Shown: positions 48,086 through 58,767 of the stretch, piece by piece
How the letters are laid out: every line of letters begins with the position of its first letter
Numbering within the stretch: the first letter of the stretch is position 1
From: an uncultured Lachnospiraceae bacterium
GTDB lineage: Bacteria > Bacillota > Clostridia > Lachnospirales > Lachnospiraceae
Assembly (NCBI GenBank): GCA_951800145.1
Contig: CATOJE010000001.1
Location: forward strand, 59,234-123,233
DNA: 64,000 nt
Reading direction: 5' to 3'
Position numbers and translations under genes: made by a program
The notes under the pieces: model-generated
Databases searched by the model: none
What the model saw: only the letters and a program-made list of their open reading frames with translations
What the model was told of the DNA's origin: nothing

Positions 48086-49504
48086 CTATCTCACCACAAC
48101 CTCCACTGGAACATCAAAGATCTTCGCCACCTTTAAGATGGTGTCAATATGCCTGCCCGGCGCCGCGGCCATGTGGTGGGTGGGGCCGGCCTCGCTCCAC
48201 CGGCTGCAGAATTCCCTTGCCCCGCAGCGGAAACGCGTCCGCATGTTGGTATCGCCGAAGGTGAAAATCGGCCCCTCCTCATTGATCCCCTCCGCCACGA
48301 CAAACTTAAAGCGTCCATCCCTATCCTGGGTGATGGCCAGATAAGTAACCGGGCCAAGGCGGGGATAGAACTGGGTCAGATAACCGCCCCCGGTCTTCCC
48401 GTGGAACACAGGAACGATTTTCATGGTAGGCTTCTTCTCAGAAATATCCGCGTCGCCGGATCCGCTGTGGCCGATGATGCAGATATCCTTCTCAAAATCA
48501 ATGGAATACATCTCCGACAGCTGGCCCGCTCCGGCAATAGTCTTCAAGATGCTCATGGCCATAGCCACCTTGATATCCCCTTCCACCGCGCAGGCCACAC
48601 CCTGCTTGATGAGCATGGAGAAGGCCGGAATCAGCATGCTGTCCAGAACCCCTGCCTTTCCCTGGGCAAATCCGTCGTAGTGGGAGGCGATAAACCCGAT
48701 CTGTTCCTCCTTCACCCACCGCTCAAAGGCTAGTACATACTTTGCCATGTCCCAAACCTTCTCCACGCTGCCGCCGCCCTCGATGTCAAAGGTATCCAGA
48801 ATGTCCCCGGCCTTTTTCCGAATCGCCGCTTCCTCTGTAATGTCGTCGGCGATGGCCCACATCCTTTCCCAGTCAAACTGCTTGGTATAGAGGAACATCC
48901 GGTGGTAGAGGTTGGTTTCATCGATGTAGAGATCCATCATCCCCGGATAGGGGCGCCCGATCTGGGCCAGGTTGGTATCCCGGAACCGGCGGCGCACCTG
49001 GGCGGCGCGGCACCAGCCTTCGAGTTCCGCCTGTACCTGGGGATCTCCCCCCTCCGCCACGCCGGTGATCACCCCGTGACGCTTGCCGGCCCGCTCCAGG
49101 TCCGCCACCATCTCCCCCACAGCGCCGCAGGCGTACAGCTGGCCCAGCCATGTGGCGGTATCCGTATTCTCATAGTCCGGGGCCTTCTTCTTCTGAAGAT
49201 TCACCAGCACCACCGGAACATCCAGATCCCGGATGGCGGGAAGCATGTTATAGGAGGTGGCGTAGGTGAGAAGCTGCAGGATCACCAGATCCACATCCGC
49301 GCTGCGGAACCTGTCCCCGGCCGCCTGGGCCAGCTCCTTGGTGGTAACCATGCCTCCGTCCACCAGCTCCACTGTATCCGGAAGGGTCTTCTTAAAGGCG
49401 TCGTACTGGGCTTCAAATTCCGGCGCCAGGGAAGGAAACTGGGGCAGATAGGCTCCCAGTGCGATGGAAAAAACTCCGATTCTTGCTTTTGTATTCACTA
49501 ACAT
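48086..49504 (-). CDS. L-fucose/L-arabinose isomerase-family protein in the rha operon
   Basis: LTYATS, CAVEGD, SEMYSID, GHSGSGD, FHGKTGGG, GPTHH; lacks RhaA motifs. Confidence 0.8.
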   Translation of the reverse strand: MLVNTKARIGVFSIALGAYLPQFPSLAPEFEAQYDAFKKTLPDTVELVDGGMVTTKELAQAAGDRFRSADVDLVILQLLTYATSYNMLPAIRDLDVPVVLVNLQKKKAPDYENTDTATWLGQLYACGAVGEMVADLERAGKRHGVITGVAEGGDPQVQAELEGWCRAAQVRRRFRDTNLAQIGRPYPGMMDLYIDETNLYHRMFLYTKQFDWERMWAIADDITEEAAIRKKAGDILDTFDIEGGGSVEKVWDMAKYVLAFERWVKEEQIGFIASHYDGFAQGKAGVLDSMLIPAFSMLIKQGVACAVEGDIKVAMAMSILKTIAGAGQLSEMYSIDFEKDICIIGHSGSGDADISEKKPTMKIVPVFHGKTGGGYLTQFYPRLGPVTYLAITQDRDGRFKFVVAEGINEEGPIFTFGDTNMRTRFRCGAREFCSRWSEAGPTHHMAAAPGRHIDTILKVAKIFDVPVEVVVR

Positions 49505-49531
49505 AATCCGTCCTCCTGGCTTTCATATTTT

Positions 49532-50947
49532 CTAACCGTCGTCTAAACGGTTATCATATTTTTTTATTTCAAATGATTTTTTCACACATGCTCTCGCCTG
49601 GTTCAGCCCTTCCAATTCCTGATGGTAAATCATCTGCACCAGCAGATTCCCGATGGCCGTAGCCTCGCCGGGGCCTGCATAGACGGTGCGCCCGGTATGC
49701 CTTGCCGTAACCTGGTTTAAGTATTCCGCATTAGACCCGCCCCCTACTACATAGATGCAGTCGTACCTCTTTCCGGTCATCTGTTCGATCTGCCCGATGG
49801 TATCTCCATAGCATTTCCCAAGGCTGTTATAGATCACCGCCGCGATCTCCCACTCATTCCCCGGAACTGGCTGGCCGGTCTTTTTGCAATACTCCTTCAC
49901 CGCCTCCGCCATGCTGGCCGGCGCCAGAAACATCTGGTCATTACAGTCCACAAGGGAAGGGATGCTCTGCTTTCTCGCCTGTTCACAGATATATCCGTAG
50001 GAGTACTTCTCCCCGAATTCCTTCCGCACAGACTGAATCATCCAAAGCCCCATGATATTCTTAAGATACCGGAAACGATACTCATAGCCCCCTTCATTGG
50101 TCAGGTTATAGCGCCTGCTTTCCTGAGAGCAGTCCGCCTCAGGAAGCTCTGTCCCCATGAGAGACCAGGTTCCGGAGCTGATGTAAAGCACATCCTCCTC
50201 TGTGGCCGGCACGGCTGCCACCGCGGATCCGGTGTCATGGGTGGCCGGCAGCACCACCTGGCAGTCAAAGCCAACCTCCTCCTGAATCTCTCGGGTGAAA
50301 TTTCCAACCAGGGCGCCTGGCCGGCTGATTCCTCCAAAAAGCCTTCTGGGATAGCCCAGCATATCGATGAGCTCATAGTCCCAGTCCTTCGTAACCGGAC
50401 TTACCAGCTGGGTGGTGGTTGCATTGGTGTACTCAGTCCGCTTCACTCCAGTTAACAGAAAATGGAAGTAATCCGGAATCATCAGCATGCTCGCCGCCTT
50501 CTCAAAAAGCTCCGGCTCCTTCTCCTTCACCGCCATCAGCTGATAGATGGTGTTAAATATCTGCTTCTGAATCCCGGTGCGTGCGTAGAGCTCCTCCGGG
50601 GAGATGGCTTCATATACCTTCTGATCCATCCCCTTTGTCCGGTCATCCCGGTATCCGTAGGTCTTTCCAAGAATCCGGTCCTGCTGATCCAGCAGCACGT
50701 AATCCACCGCCCAGGTATCGATCCCCATAAAGGATGGGATCTTCCCCACCTCCCGGCAGCGCTTCAGCCCTTCCTTAATCTCATCAAACAGCGCCTTCAC
50801 ATCCCAGCAAAGGCTCCCCTCTTCTTCCTTCATCCCATTAGGAAACCGGTAAATCTCCTCAAGCTTAAGCCTCCCATCCTCAAGGCAGCCTAGCATGTGG
50901 CGGCCGCTGGACGCCCCGATGTCTACCGCCAGATAGTATGTACCCAT
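49532..50947 (-). CDS. rhaB: Rhamnulokinase
   Basis: AVDIGASSGR, GIDTWAVD, ATHDTGSAV, SSGTWSL, TNEGG, KNIMGLW. Confidence 0.93.
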   Translation of the reverse strand: MGTYYLAVDIGASSGRHMLGCLEDGRLKLEEIYRFPNGMKEEEGSLCWDVKALFDEIKEGLKRCREVGKIPSFMGIDTWAVDYVLLDQQDRILGKTYGYRDDRTKGMDQKVYEAISPEELYARTGIQKQIFNTIYQLMAVKEKEPELFEKAASMLMIPDYFHFLLTGVKRTEYTNATTTQLVSPVTKDWDYELIDMLGYPRRLFGGISRPGALVGNFTREIQEEVGFDCQVVLPATHDTGSAVAAVPATEEDVLYISSGTWSLMGTELPEADCSQESRRYNLTNEGGYEYRFRYLKNIMGLWMIQSVRKEFGEKYSYGYICEQARKQSIPSLVDCNDQMFLAPASMAEAVKEYCKKTGQPVPGNEWEIAAVIYNSLGKCYGDTIGQIEQMTGKRYDCIYVVGGGSNAEYLNQVTARHTGRTVYAGPGEATAIGNLLVQMIYHQELEGLNQARACVKKSFEIKKYDNRLDDG

Positions 50948-51033
50948 CCTCTGCCCCCTCCTGTCCTATCCCTTCTTCTCATAATCCATCTGTGCTGCTT
51001 CTTACTATATTAAGTGTCTTTATGCATGAAGCT

Positions 51034-51090
51034 ATTATACATGGAGCCCAGGGCTTTGGTAATGTCCTGTTTTCGCGAAAATACTGTCCT
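51034..51090 (-). promoter_or_regulatory. Putative AraC-activated rhaB promoter
   Basis: AGGACA direct repeats at a 22-bp period (51085-51090, 51063-51068) upstream of a perfect TATAAT (51034-51039). Confidence 0.55.
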
Positions 51091-51117
51091 TATTTTCACC
51101 TCGTATCATGAAGGGAG

Positions 51118-52200
51118 CTAAAGCTGAATGGCTGTATCATCCCGGTGCATGTTCCGGTACTGGCTGGGCGTCATGTTAAACCGTGCCTTAAACTGGCGGT
51201 AGAAATAGCTTTGGTTTTCATACCCGATATGAACCGCTATCTCCTCCACCGGAAGCTCTGTCTCCACCAGTAGCATAACCGCCTTTTGAAAACGCTTGCG
51301 CATCAGAAGCTCCTGAAAGGTAAAGCCAGTGGCTTTTTTAATCATCCGGCTCACCGTGGGGTACGACAGCTGAAAATCTTCTGCGATGTGGCCTAATGAG
51401 GCGGTTTTGTAGTGGGAATCGATATATTTCATAGTGGACTGAACCACGATATCTTCATAATTCTGGGAGGAGCTGTCGGACAGGGTGTCCATATGGCTGA
51501 TAAGATATAAGAATACCAGCCCCATGGAGTACTGGTTAATCACATCCTCATTGTGAAGATCCGGCCTTTCATCCGGCCCTCCAGAAGCACCGGCTCTTTT
51601 CAGATGCTTTCCTTCCTCTGATACGGTATTTTCCTTCACCAGCGACGCAATCATATTTTCCATCAGGTTCGAGATAGCCCTCTCCCCCTGAAGCTGGAAG
51701 TTCAGATACTGGGGAACCGGATTATTTTGCCTTAGGATCCCTACAAGAAAGTCCGCGATACTATTTTGCTTATGCATCATCTGGAACGGGATATCAAAAA
51801 ACTCCGGGAGGACGATGAAGTTGATCCCGATATCCCCGGCTCCCGCCCGCTTAATCCTGTGCTTTACATGCTGGTTCATAAGGAGCAGATCCCCCGGGCG
51901 CATCACTAGCTCCTTTCCCTCGATGTAATGGGTGATTTCCCCCATGCACACGTACATGATCTCAATATAGTTGTGCTGATGAACCGGAAATTCCACAAAC
52001 CGGCTGTGGTGTCTTACGGTAATCAGCTTTCTCTTCTTTAAGAATAGCTGACTGTCCACTTCAAACTGGCGGGACCCGTCGGATAATCTGCGTCCCCTGG
52101 GATATCGATAGATGTCCATCTCCACCAGTGTCCTGCCATTCAGATATCCCTGTTCCTCTTCCGTTACCTCCTGCATTTTCTGCATAAGCCATTCATCCAT
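51118..52200 (-). CDS. AraC-family regulator (cupin plus HTH), probable rha activator
   Basis: HQHNYIEIMYV cupin; IAVHIGYENQSYFYRQFK...TPSQYR. Confidence 0.9.
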   Translation of the reverse strand: MDEWLMQKMQEVTEEEQGYLNGRTLVEMDIYRYPRGRRLSDGSRQFEVDSQLFLKKRKLITVRHHSRFVEFPVHQHNYIEIMYVCMGEITHYIEGKELVMRPGDLLLMNQHVKHRIKRAGAGDIGINFIVLPEFFDIPFQMMHKQNSIADFLVGILRQNNPVPQYLNFQLQGERAISNLMENMIASLVKENTVSEEGKHLKRAGASGGPDERPDLHNEDVINQYSMGLVFLYLISHMDTLSDSSSQNYEDIVVQSTMKYIDSHYKTASLGHIAEDFQLSYPTVSRMIKKATGFTFQELLMRKRFQKAVMLLVETELPVEEIAVHIGYENQSYFYRQFKARFNMTPSQYRNMHRDDTAIQL

Positions 52201-52289
52201 ATCATGTCTCCTTCTTCATTGGATTATCCGAGTGCTCTATCCTTACAGTATCTCATGATTATTTTAACGCCTGTGCGGATAAATGCAAG

Positions 52290-52341
52290 GATGATAAAAA
52301 GCGGATACCCTGAATGGCTGGGTATCCGCTTTTTTATCATC
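52290..52341. terminator. Strong bidirectional intrinsic terminator
   Basis: GATGATAAAAAGCGGATACCC...GGGTATCCGCTTTTTTATCATC. Confidence 0.9.
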
Positions 52342-54573
52342 TTATAAGCTGTCAATTTCTATAAGCCTTGCCCTGAAATCCCCCTGAACCACCGGGGATG
52401 TCCGCACCCCGTTGGCCCAGTCTGAGAGAATTAAGCCCGCCTCCATCAGCTCATCTCCAAAGCAGGTGTAGTCCCGGTCGCAGATCCGGTACTCCAGCTC
52501 CGGACACAGACCTTCTAGCTTTAGCCGGTCATAGCCTGCATTCACCGGCTGCAAAAGGCGAAATACCGCCACCAGCGCCCGCCGACGGTCCTGAGAAACT
52601 ACCATCCAGGCTGCTTCCTTCCCAGCTGTCTTCCCTTCAAAGGGGCTTCGCAGCCGGTAAAAGGTTCCGCTGTGGAGGAATTTCCGGTGCTCCTTCATAA
52701 AGCGGATCTGCTCCTTCACCTCCTCCTGCTCTTCCTCCGTTAAAAGATTTAAGTCCAGCTCATAGCCGAAGGTTCCAAAATAGGCGCAGGCCGCCCTGGA
52801 GGACAGTGGCGTCCTCCGGAAGGTCTGATGGTTTGGCACCGCGGACACATGGCTTCCTATGGAGCTGATGGGATATACATAGGAGGTGCCGTACTGTATC
52901 TTCACCCGCTCCGCCCCGTCAGTATCGTCGGAAGCCCAGCCCTGAGGCGCATAGTAGAGAATCCCCGGGTCAAACCGCCCTCCTCCGCTGGCGCAGGACT
53001 CAAAGAGAACCTTGGGGAATGCCTTGGTCAGCCGATCATAGAGCTTATAAATCCCCAGGATCTGGCGGTGGTATACGGTTCCCTGATGCTCCCGGTCGCG
53101 GCCTGCGGAAAACAGATCGGAGATGCTCCGGTTCATGTCCCACTTTACATAGGAGATGGGGCTGCTCCCAAGGATCGCCTCCATCTGATCCCCGATGTAA
53201 TCTACCACCTCATCCTTAGAGAAATCCAGCACATACTGGTGCCTTCCCGCGCAGATGGGCCGGTCCGTGCTTCCCAGCACCCAGTCCGGGTGGGCCTCAT
53301 ACAGGCGGCTCTGCCTGCTCACCATCTCCGGCTCAAACCACAGCCCAAAGGCCATGCCCATGGCAGTAACCTTTTCTGCTATGCCCCGGATGCCCCGGGG
53401 AAGCTTCCTGGGATTAGGCTGCCAGTCCCCCAGGGACGAGGTGTCGTCATCCCGCTCTCCGAACCACCCGTCATCCAGGACAAACAGCTCGATCCCCAGC
53501 TCCGCGGCCTTCCTGGCGATGGAGCAGATTTTTTCCTCGTCAAAGTCCATGTAGGTGGCTTCCCAGTTATTGATTAATATCGGGCGCTCTCTGTCCCGCC
53601 AGTATCCTCTGGCCAGTCTGGTGCGGTACAGCTTGTGATAGACCTGGCTCATGCCGTTAAGCCCCTGGCGGGAGTATACCATCACCGCCTCCGGGGTTAC
53701 AAAGCTCTCCCCTCTTTTCACTCTCCAGAGAAAGCCCTGGGGGTGGATCCCCGCCATAACCCGCAGGGTTCCCATGGTGTCCATCTCCGCCTGGGCCAGG
53801 AAGTTTCCGCTGTAAACCAGGCTGATGCCTATCACCTCCCCAGCGCGCTCCCCGGCGTCCCTCCGCTTCAGCGCCAGGAAGGGATTAAACTGATGGCTGC
53901 TGTGGCCCCGCATGCTGTGGATGCTCTGGACTCCCTGGTGGATGGGGTGGGTGTCCACATACCGCTCCCGCAGGGACGCCCCTGCCAGATCCACCATATC
54001 ATAGTCGCTGTCCGGCAGATCCAGGCAGATGCTCATGGCCCGGGTCAGCTCCCAGTCCTCCTCCCCCTGATTCTGGAATCGGGCGCTCCGGATGATCACT
54101 GGAAGCGCCTCAAAGATAGTGTAGACCAGGGTCAGGCTGCTGCGGATCACCGGATCCTCCAGGTGGAGCTCCAGCGTAACCGCCTCCGTTTCTGACTCCA
54201 CATAAACCGCCGGGAGCCCGGGAAGCTCTTTTTTTCCTTGATAAATTTGGTAGCCTTTATATAGGAAGCTGGTGATGCAGCTTCCATTCTCCCGCCGTAT
54301 CTCATAGGCCGGATAGCGCATATCTCCCGTGCCAAAGACCGGGTACTCCTGCTTCAGATGCTCCAGGGAAAAGGTGGTGTCCCCGTCAAAGATGCAGGGT
54401 GCCATATCCCGGTGTCCCCGCTCCATAAGGTGGGAGAAATCCTCCCGGTCCCGGATGGCCGGACCGTAGTAAAGCTGGCCCATCTGACCATTGGGCATGG
54501 TTTTTATGATGTAGCTGATCAATGAATTATGCAGGTGAAATATCCCTGTGTTCTCATGTATTGTGATTGCCAT
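52342..54573 (-). CDS. GH36 alpha-galactosidase
   Basis: INNWEATY, FVLDDGWFG, FGLWFEPE, YVKWDMNR, ESCASGGGRFD, WASDDTD; likely start MAITI at 54573. Confidence 0.95.
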   Translation of the reverse strand: MAITIHENTGIFHLHNSLISYIIKTMPNGQMGQLYYGPAIRDREDFSHLMERGHRDMAPCIFDGDTTFSLEHLKQEYPVFGTGDMRYPAYEIRRENGSCITSFLYKGYQIYQGKKELPGLPAVYVESETEAVTLELHLEDPVIRSSLTLVYTIFEALPVIIRSARFQNQGEEDWELTRAMSICLDLPDSDYDMVDLAGASLRERYVDTHPIHQGVQSIHSMRGHSSHQFNPFLALKRRDAGERAGEVIGISLVYSGNFLAQAEMDTMGTLRVMAGIHPQGFLWRVKRGESFVTPEAVMVYSRQGLNGMSQVYHKLYRTRLARGYWRDRERPILINNWEATYMDFDEEKICSIARKAAELGIELFVLDDGWFGERDDDTSSLGDWQPNPRKLPRGIRGIAEKVTAMGMAFGLWFEPEMVSRQSRLYEAHPDWVLGSTDRPICAGRHQYVLDFSKDEVVDYIGDQMEAILGSSPISYVKWDMNRSISDLFSAGRDREHQGTVYHRQILGIYKLYDRLTKAFPKVLFESCASGGGRFDPGILYYAPQGWASDDTDGAERVKIQYGTSYVYPISSIGSHVSAVPNHQTFRRTPLSSRAACAYFGTFGYELDLNLLTEEEQEEVKEQIRFMKEHRKFLHSGTFYRLRSPFEGKTAGKEAAWMVVSQDRRRALVAVFRLLQPVNAGYDRLKLEGLCPELEYRICDRDYTCFGDELMEAGLILSDWANGVRTSPVVQGDFRARLIEIDSL

Positions 54574-54654
54574 AGGGGGAAGTCCTTTCTTGTGTACTGA
54601 CGATTTGTACATCGTTCAGGGCAGGCGATTTGTTACAGTTCCATTCAGCCTCGG

Positions 54655-56388
54655 TTAAACCGAAAGGCCTTCATACAGCCATGCGATCCCTTCAAAGGGC
54701 CGCAGGCCTTTCCCATCCCCTGTCTCTTCATAATTTCTCAAAACCACTTCCGGGTTCTTCTCAGTAAGCGCCGAAAGGAAAAGCTCCTGATACTGGGGGG
54801 TAAAATTACAGGCGACCAAAAGCCGCTGACCCTTGAAGCACCGCTCATAGGCAAACACCCCTGGATGCTCCGGCAGTAGAAGGCGGTAAGTCCCTTCCTT
54901 TACTATCTGGGAATCCTTCCGGAACCGGAATAAATTTTTATAAAACCAGTAAACCGAGTCCTGGCGGCTTTGCTGCTCCTTTACATTGATTTCCTTATAA
55001 TTCGGATTCAAGGGAATCCATGGAACGCCGGTGGAAAAGCCAGCGCCAGGGGTGTCATCCCACTGCATGGGGGTGCGGGCATTGTCCCTTCCTGTGTGGT
55101 GGATGTAGGTCATCATCTCCTCATGGGGGATCCCTCCCTCCTCCACCATCTCATGATATACCCGGTGGATCTCGATATCCCGGTAATCCGAAAGCTCTGT
55201 AAAGGGGCAGTTGGTCATCCCCAGCTCCTGACCCTGGTAAACATAGGGCGTCCCCTTCATCAGGTACAGGCAGATGGCCAGCATTTTCGCCGATAATTCC
55301 CGGTATCGGGGATCATCGCTTCCGAAGCGGGATACGGCCCGGGGATAGTCGTGATTCTCCCAGAATAAGCTGTTCCAGGCCTTCCCCTCCAGCTTTGTCT
55401 GCCAGCGGCTTAACACCTGCTTCAGCTCAACCAGGTCCGCCGGATTATTATTCCATTTGCCGTAGGGACCAGGACTGATTTCCACATGCTCAAAATGAAA
55501 CATCATATTTAACTCATGGGACTGAAAGCCAGCGTAGTCTAAAGCCTCCTCCGGCCCTACGCCGACCCCCTCCCCCACGGTCATCCAGTCAAATTTCGAC
55601 AGAACCTCCCGGTTCATTTCCTTTATAAATTCATGGATCCTGGGGCCATTGGCATAGTAGGGAAGGCCCTCCCCATACGGGTTCCCGTCCTTTAACTCCC
55701 CATCTGGGTAATCCTGGTTTTTCGACAGCATAGAGATCACATCCATGCGGAAGCCGTCGATCCCCTTCCTGCCCCACCAGGTCATCATATCGTAGATTTC
55801 CCGCCGCACCTTCGGATTCTCCCAGTTTAAATCCGGCTGCTTTTTTGAAAACATGTGGAGGTAATACATGCCCGTGGCCTCCTCCCATTCCCAGGCAGAG
55901 CCCCGGAAGCGAGAGGCCCAGTTATTGGGCGCAGCCTCATCCGTCTCCCCTGGCCTTGCAGCACCGGGCCTTATCCTTGCCCCAGCTCTGGGCTCCTTCC
56001 AGACGTAGTATTCCCGATAAGGATTATCCCGGCTTTTCCGGCTCTCACGGAACCAGGGATGCTCATCTGAGGTGTGATTCACCACCAGATCCATCACCAG
56101 CTTCATTCCCAGACCATGGATCTCCTCCAGCATCCGATCAAAATCCTCCATGGTTCCAAACTCTTCCATAATCGCCTGGTAATCGCTGATATCGTAGCCA
56201 TTGTCGTCATTTGGCGACTGGTAAACCGGGGAAAGCCAGATCACATCCACCCCCAGATCCTTTAAGTACTCCAGTCTCTGCCGGATTCCATTAATATCCC
56301 CGATTCCGTCCCCATTACTGTCCTGGAAGCTTCTGGGATAAATCTGATAAACCAGGCTGTCCTTCCACCAATCCTTCCTCTGCTCCAT
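54655..56388 (-). CDS. GH13 oligo-1,6-glucosidase/alpha-glucosidase
   Basis: YQIYPRSFQD, DLVVNH, QPDLNW, GFRMDVI, WENHD. Confidence 0.95.
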   Translation of the reverse strand: MEQRKDWWKDSLVYQIYPRSFQDSNGDGIGDINGIRQRLEYLKDLGVDVIWLSPVYQSPNDDNGYDISDYQAIMEEFGTMEDFDRMLEEIHGLGMKLVMDLVVNHTSDEHPWFRESRKSRDNPYREYYVWKEPRAGARIRPGAARPGETDEAAPNNWASRFRGSAWEWEEATGMYYLHMFSKKQPDLNWENPKVRREIYDMMTWWGRKGIDGFRMDVISMLSKNQDYPDGELKDGNPYGEGLPYYANGPRIHEFIKEMNREVLSKFDWMTVGEGVGVGPEEALDYAGFQSHELNMMFHFEHVEISPGPYGKWNNNPADLVELKQVLSRWQTKLEGKAWNSLFWENHDYPRAVSRFGSDDPRYRELSAKMLAICLYLMKGTPYVYQGQELGMTNCPFTELSDYRDIEIHRVYHEMVEEGGIPHEEMMTYIHHTGRDNARTPMQWDDTPGAGFSTGVPWIPLNPNYKEINVKEQQSRQDSVYWFYKNLFRFRKDSQIVKEGTYRLLLPEHPGVFAYERCFKGQRLLVACNFTPQYQELFLSALTEKNPEVVLRNYEETGDGKGLRPFEGIAWLYEGLSV

Positions 56389-56420
56389 GGTAAGTCTCCT
56401 TCTTTAATAAACATATGTTT

Positions 56421-57212
56421 CTATCCCTGAGCATTCTCAGGCAACATTTCCACGATTTTATTTAAAAGTATATAGACTGTAGTTGCAAAATATTTAGGGC
56501 ATAAATCTGTCTTGTCCAAATGTAACGACTCCGCTCTGGAAATTGCATATTTAACCTTCTCTGTATCATAATGTGAAGGTTCTATATGCTTTTTATCCTT
56601 TAAAGGGGCGCCTAAATCCCGAAGACGATTCCGGAAATGATCCGTTTTTTCATATGCATGGATATCCGTTACAGCAAAGCCTTTATCTGCATCATTGGGA
56701 ATATCATGGTGAAGTAACAGCCAGATTTCGAAGAATGGATTGCTAATAGCATATCCATAATTTTTCGCCTGACACATACGGATTGCTTCATTCCATTCAT
56801 CCTGATATGTTTTTTGATCTGTACGACTGATTATTTCATTTGACCAGTTTTTATCTATGTCCGTGACAATCCAAAATTCATCTTCCGGATACTGAGAAAA
56901 TTGATAAATCTCATCCTTTTCTAACTTAAATTGGTCAATTCGTTCAACCAGCTGCTTCGGCCGAACCTTACTAAGCATTCTGGTCTGTTCTGGTGCTCTT
57001 CGCTTAGGAGCCGTATGAACTGCATCTTCTGCTACAGAAATAATTTGTATCTTACTTCCGATTTCACGGAACAAGTCGGAAATTCTCTCGAAATACTCCT
57101 CCTCTGTAACGCTGCCTTCCAAAGACAAAAAAATGATCTTACTTGCTGCAGGTCTTACGGCTCGATATGGGTTTTGATAATTAAATGGAATACGGCTTGT
57201 GATAAGTGGCAT
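56421..57212 (-). CDS. RloB-family protein (AbiLii-like)
   Basis: EGSVTEEEYF, WIVTDID, ISNPFFEIWLLLH. Confidence 0.88.
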   Translation of the reverse strand: MPLITSRIPFNYQNPYRAVRPAASKIIFLSLEGSVTEEEYFERISDLFREIGSKIQIISVAEDAVHTAPKRRAPEQTRMLSKVRPKQLVERIDQFKLEKDEIYQFSQYPEDEFWIVTDIDKNWSNEIISRTDQKTYQDEWNEAIRMCQAKNYGYAISNPFFEIWLLLHHDIPNDADKGFAVTDIHAYEKTDHFRNRLRDLGAPLKDKKHIEPSHYDTEKVKYAISRAESLHLDKTDLCPKYFATTVYILLNKIVEMLPENAQG

Positions 57213-58546
57213 TAAAAATCCCTCCGTATCATTGGAACAGCGCCAAATCTGCCGCTCAAATATGCTTTCAGTGCATCCTGTCCTTTTTGTAAATTAAAAT
57301 CTGAAAGAGGGCGCAGGCAAGACTCACCCAAATTATTTTTATCAATAAACCAGATTTCTTCCTGCCTGAAATCATTTGTATTTATTAGATTTACATCATG
57401 TGCAGTAAAGATAATCTGATTATAGGTATTTTCACAGCAATGGATGAACTCACTTAACAAATATTGTGATAGTTTCGTATGAAGACTGCGGTCAATCTCA
57501 TCTACAAAATAAATTGCATGATTATCCTCTCTCATTGCGAAGAGCATCGGAAGTAAGTCTAATAGACGCTGCGTTCCATCGGATTCCTCATCAATGTCAA
57601 AGTGAACCGATTTTCCATTTAACTTGTGAGCAAACTTAAGCTGGACAAGAACGGTTCTCCTTTTCTGGTTCTCAGAAAAAATGAAATACTTTCCTGCAAA
57701 ATTAACAATCCCATTTTGAATATCCTCTATTTCATCCATAATATCCTTCGGCACCTGCAACCGCTCTGCAAAATCATGGAAATCAATCTCTTCACTTGCA
57801 ACGTAAATGTCAAATACACCTGTATCCATTTTCTGAAGCATATCACCAATATATATTTGCAGCTCCGTATTCTCCTTCATACGAATCGGCAGCGCCTTAA
57901 CCTTCGTTTTCGGAAAAATAACTTGCAGACTTTTAAACCAGCCAACAATCTTTTCTGCCTTCTTAATACCATTATCATGCAGCTTATAGAGAAATAGCTG
58001 ATTTCTTTGATTTTCCTGAATGCTCTCCTTTAAAATCTCAGCCAGCATTCTTTCTTTTGAATTCTTACGGGCAAATCTTGATTCAATATCAATTTTTGTT
58101 TTCCCAAAATTATCCGTGACGCGGGTGAACAGAGGTACTGCCCCTGTTTTTGTCTGCTGCATCAGCCATTCTTCATGGACCTGATAGCAATCCAGTGCAA
58201 AACCATATTCGTAGACCTCTTCATTCAAGTAAAAAACGAATTGAAACGTGGAAATACCTTTCAGTTCCTCCAAGTCTCCTCTGAATTGATCAATTCTGAT
58301 TCCTTTTCCACTTTTTTGGCCTCCAATGATAAAATCACGCGCAAAAGCGACGGATTCAATGAAAGAAGATTTTCCGGATGCATTTGGTCCAAAAAAACCG
58401 CCTCTGCGAAGTACCTTCCACGTATCATTTTTTGTAGGCAATGACTTGAAGAAACGTTTATCTGCTGCAGTTTGAATAGGGAACATGCTAAATTCAACCG
58501 GATGTCCTATTGATTTGTAATTGCTTACGACATAATGTAAAAGCAT
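57212..58546 (-). CDS. RloA/AbiLi-like AAA_21 ATPase
   Basis: FGPNASGKS, EESDGTQRL, FVDEIDRSLH, FTAHD, YLSGRFGAVP. Confidence 0.9.
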   Translation of the reverse strand: MLLHYVVSNYKSIGHPVEFSMFPIQTAADKRFFKSLPTKNDTWKVLRRGGFFGPNASGKSSFIESVAFARDFIIGGQKSGKGIRIDQFRGDLEELKGISTFQFVFYLNEEVYEYGFALDCYQVHEEWLMQQTKTGAVPLFTRVTDNFGKTKIDIESRFARKNSKERMLAEILKESIQENQRNQLFLYKLHDNGIKKAEKIVGWFKSLQVIFPKTKVKALPIRMKENTELQIYIGDMLQKMDTGVFDIYVASEEIDFHDFAERLQVPKDIMDEIEDIQNGIVNFAGKYFIFSENQKRRTVLVQLKFAHKLNGKSVHFDIDEESDGTQRLLDLLPMLFAMREDNHAIYFVDEIDRSLHTKLSQYLLSEFIHCCENTYNQIIFTAHDVNLINTNDFRQEEIWFIDKNNLGESCLRPLSDFNLQKGQDALKAYLSGRFGAVPMIRRDF

Positions 58547-58653
58547 GATAAATCCCTCCTCCTATTTCATCGGGGGTAAAATAACCGTTTACCCCAACAT
58601 CATTATATTTCGAAATGCTGAAACTTACAAGGATTATATGCTTTTTTTCAGGC

Positions 58654-58716
58654 TGTGCCCAGCAGCACGCTATGGGATGCACACAAAATGGCCACTCCTC
58701 CCTTCTGGGTGCTGGA
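58654..58716 (+). repeat. Internal fragment of the 43438-43599 element
   Basis: GTGCCCAGCA and ATGCACACAAAATGG are identical to the 43.4 kb copy. Confidence 0.6.
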
Positions 58717-58767
58717 ATGGCCACCTTATAAATCCTATCAAAATCTGCTCTTATTACTCATAGGGCG

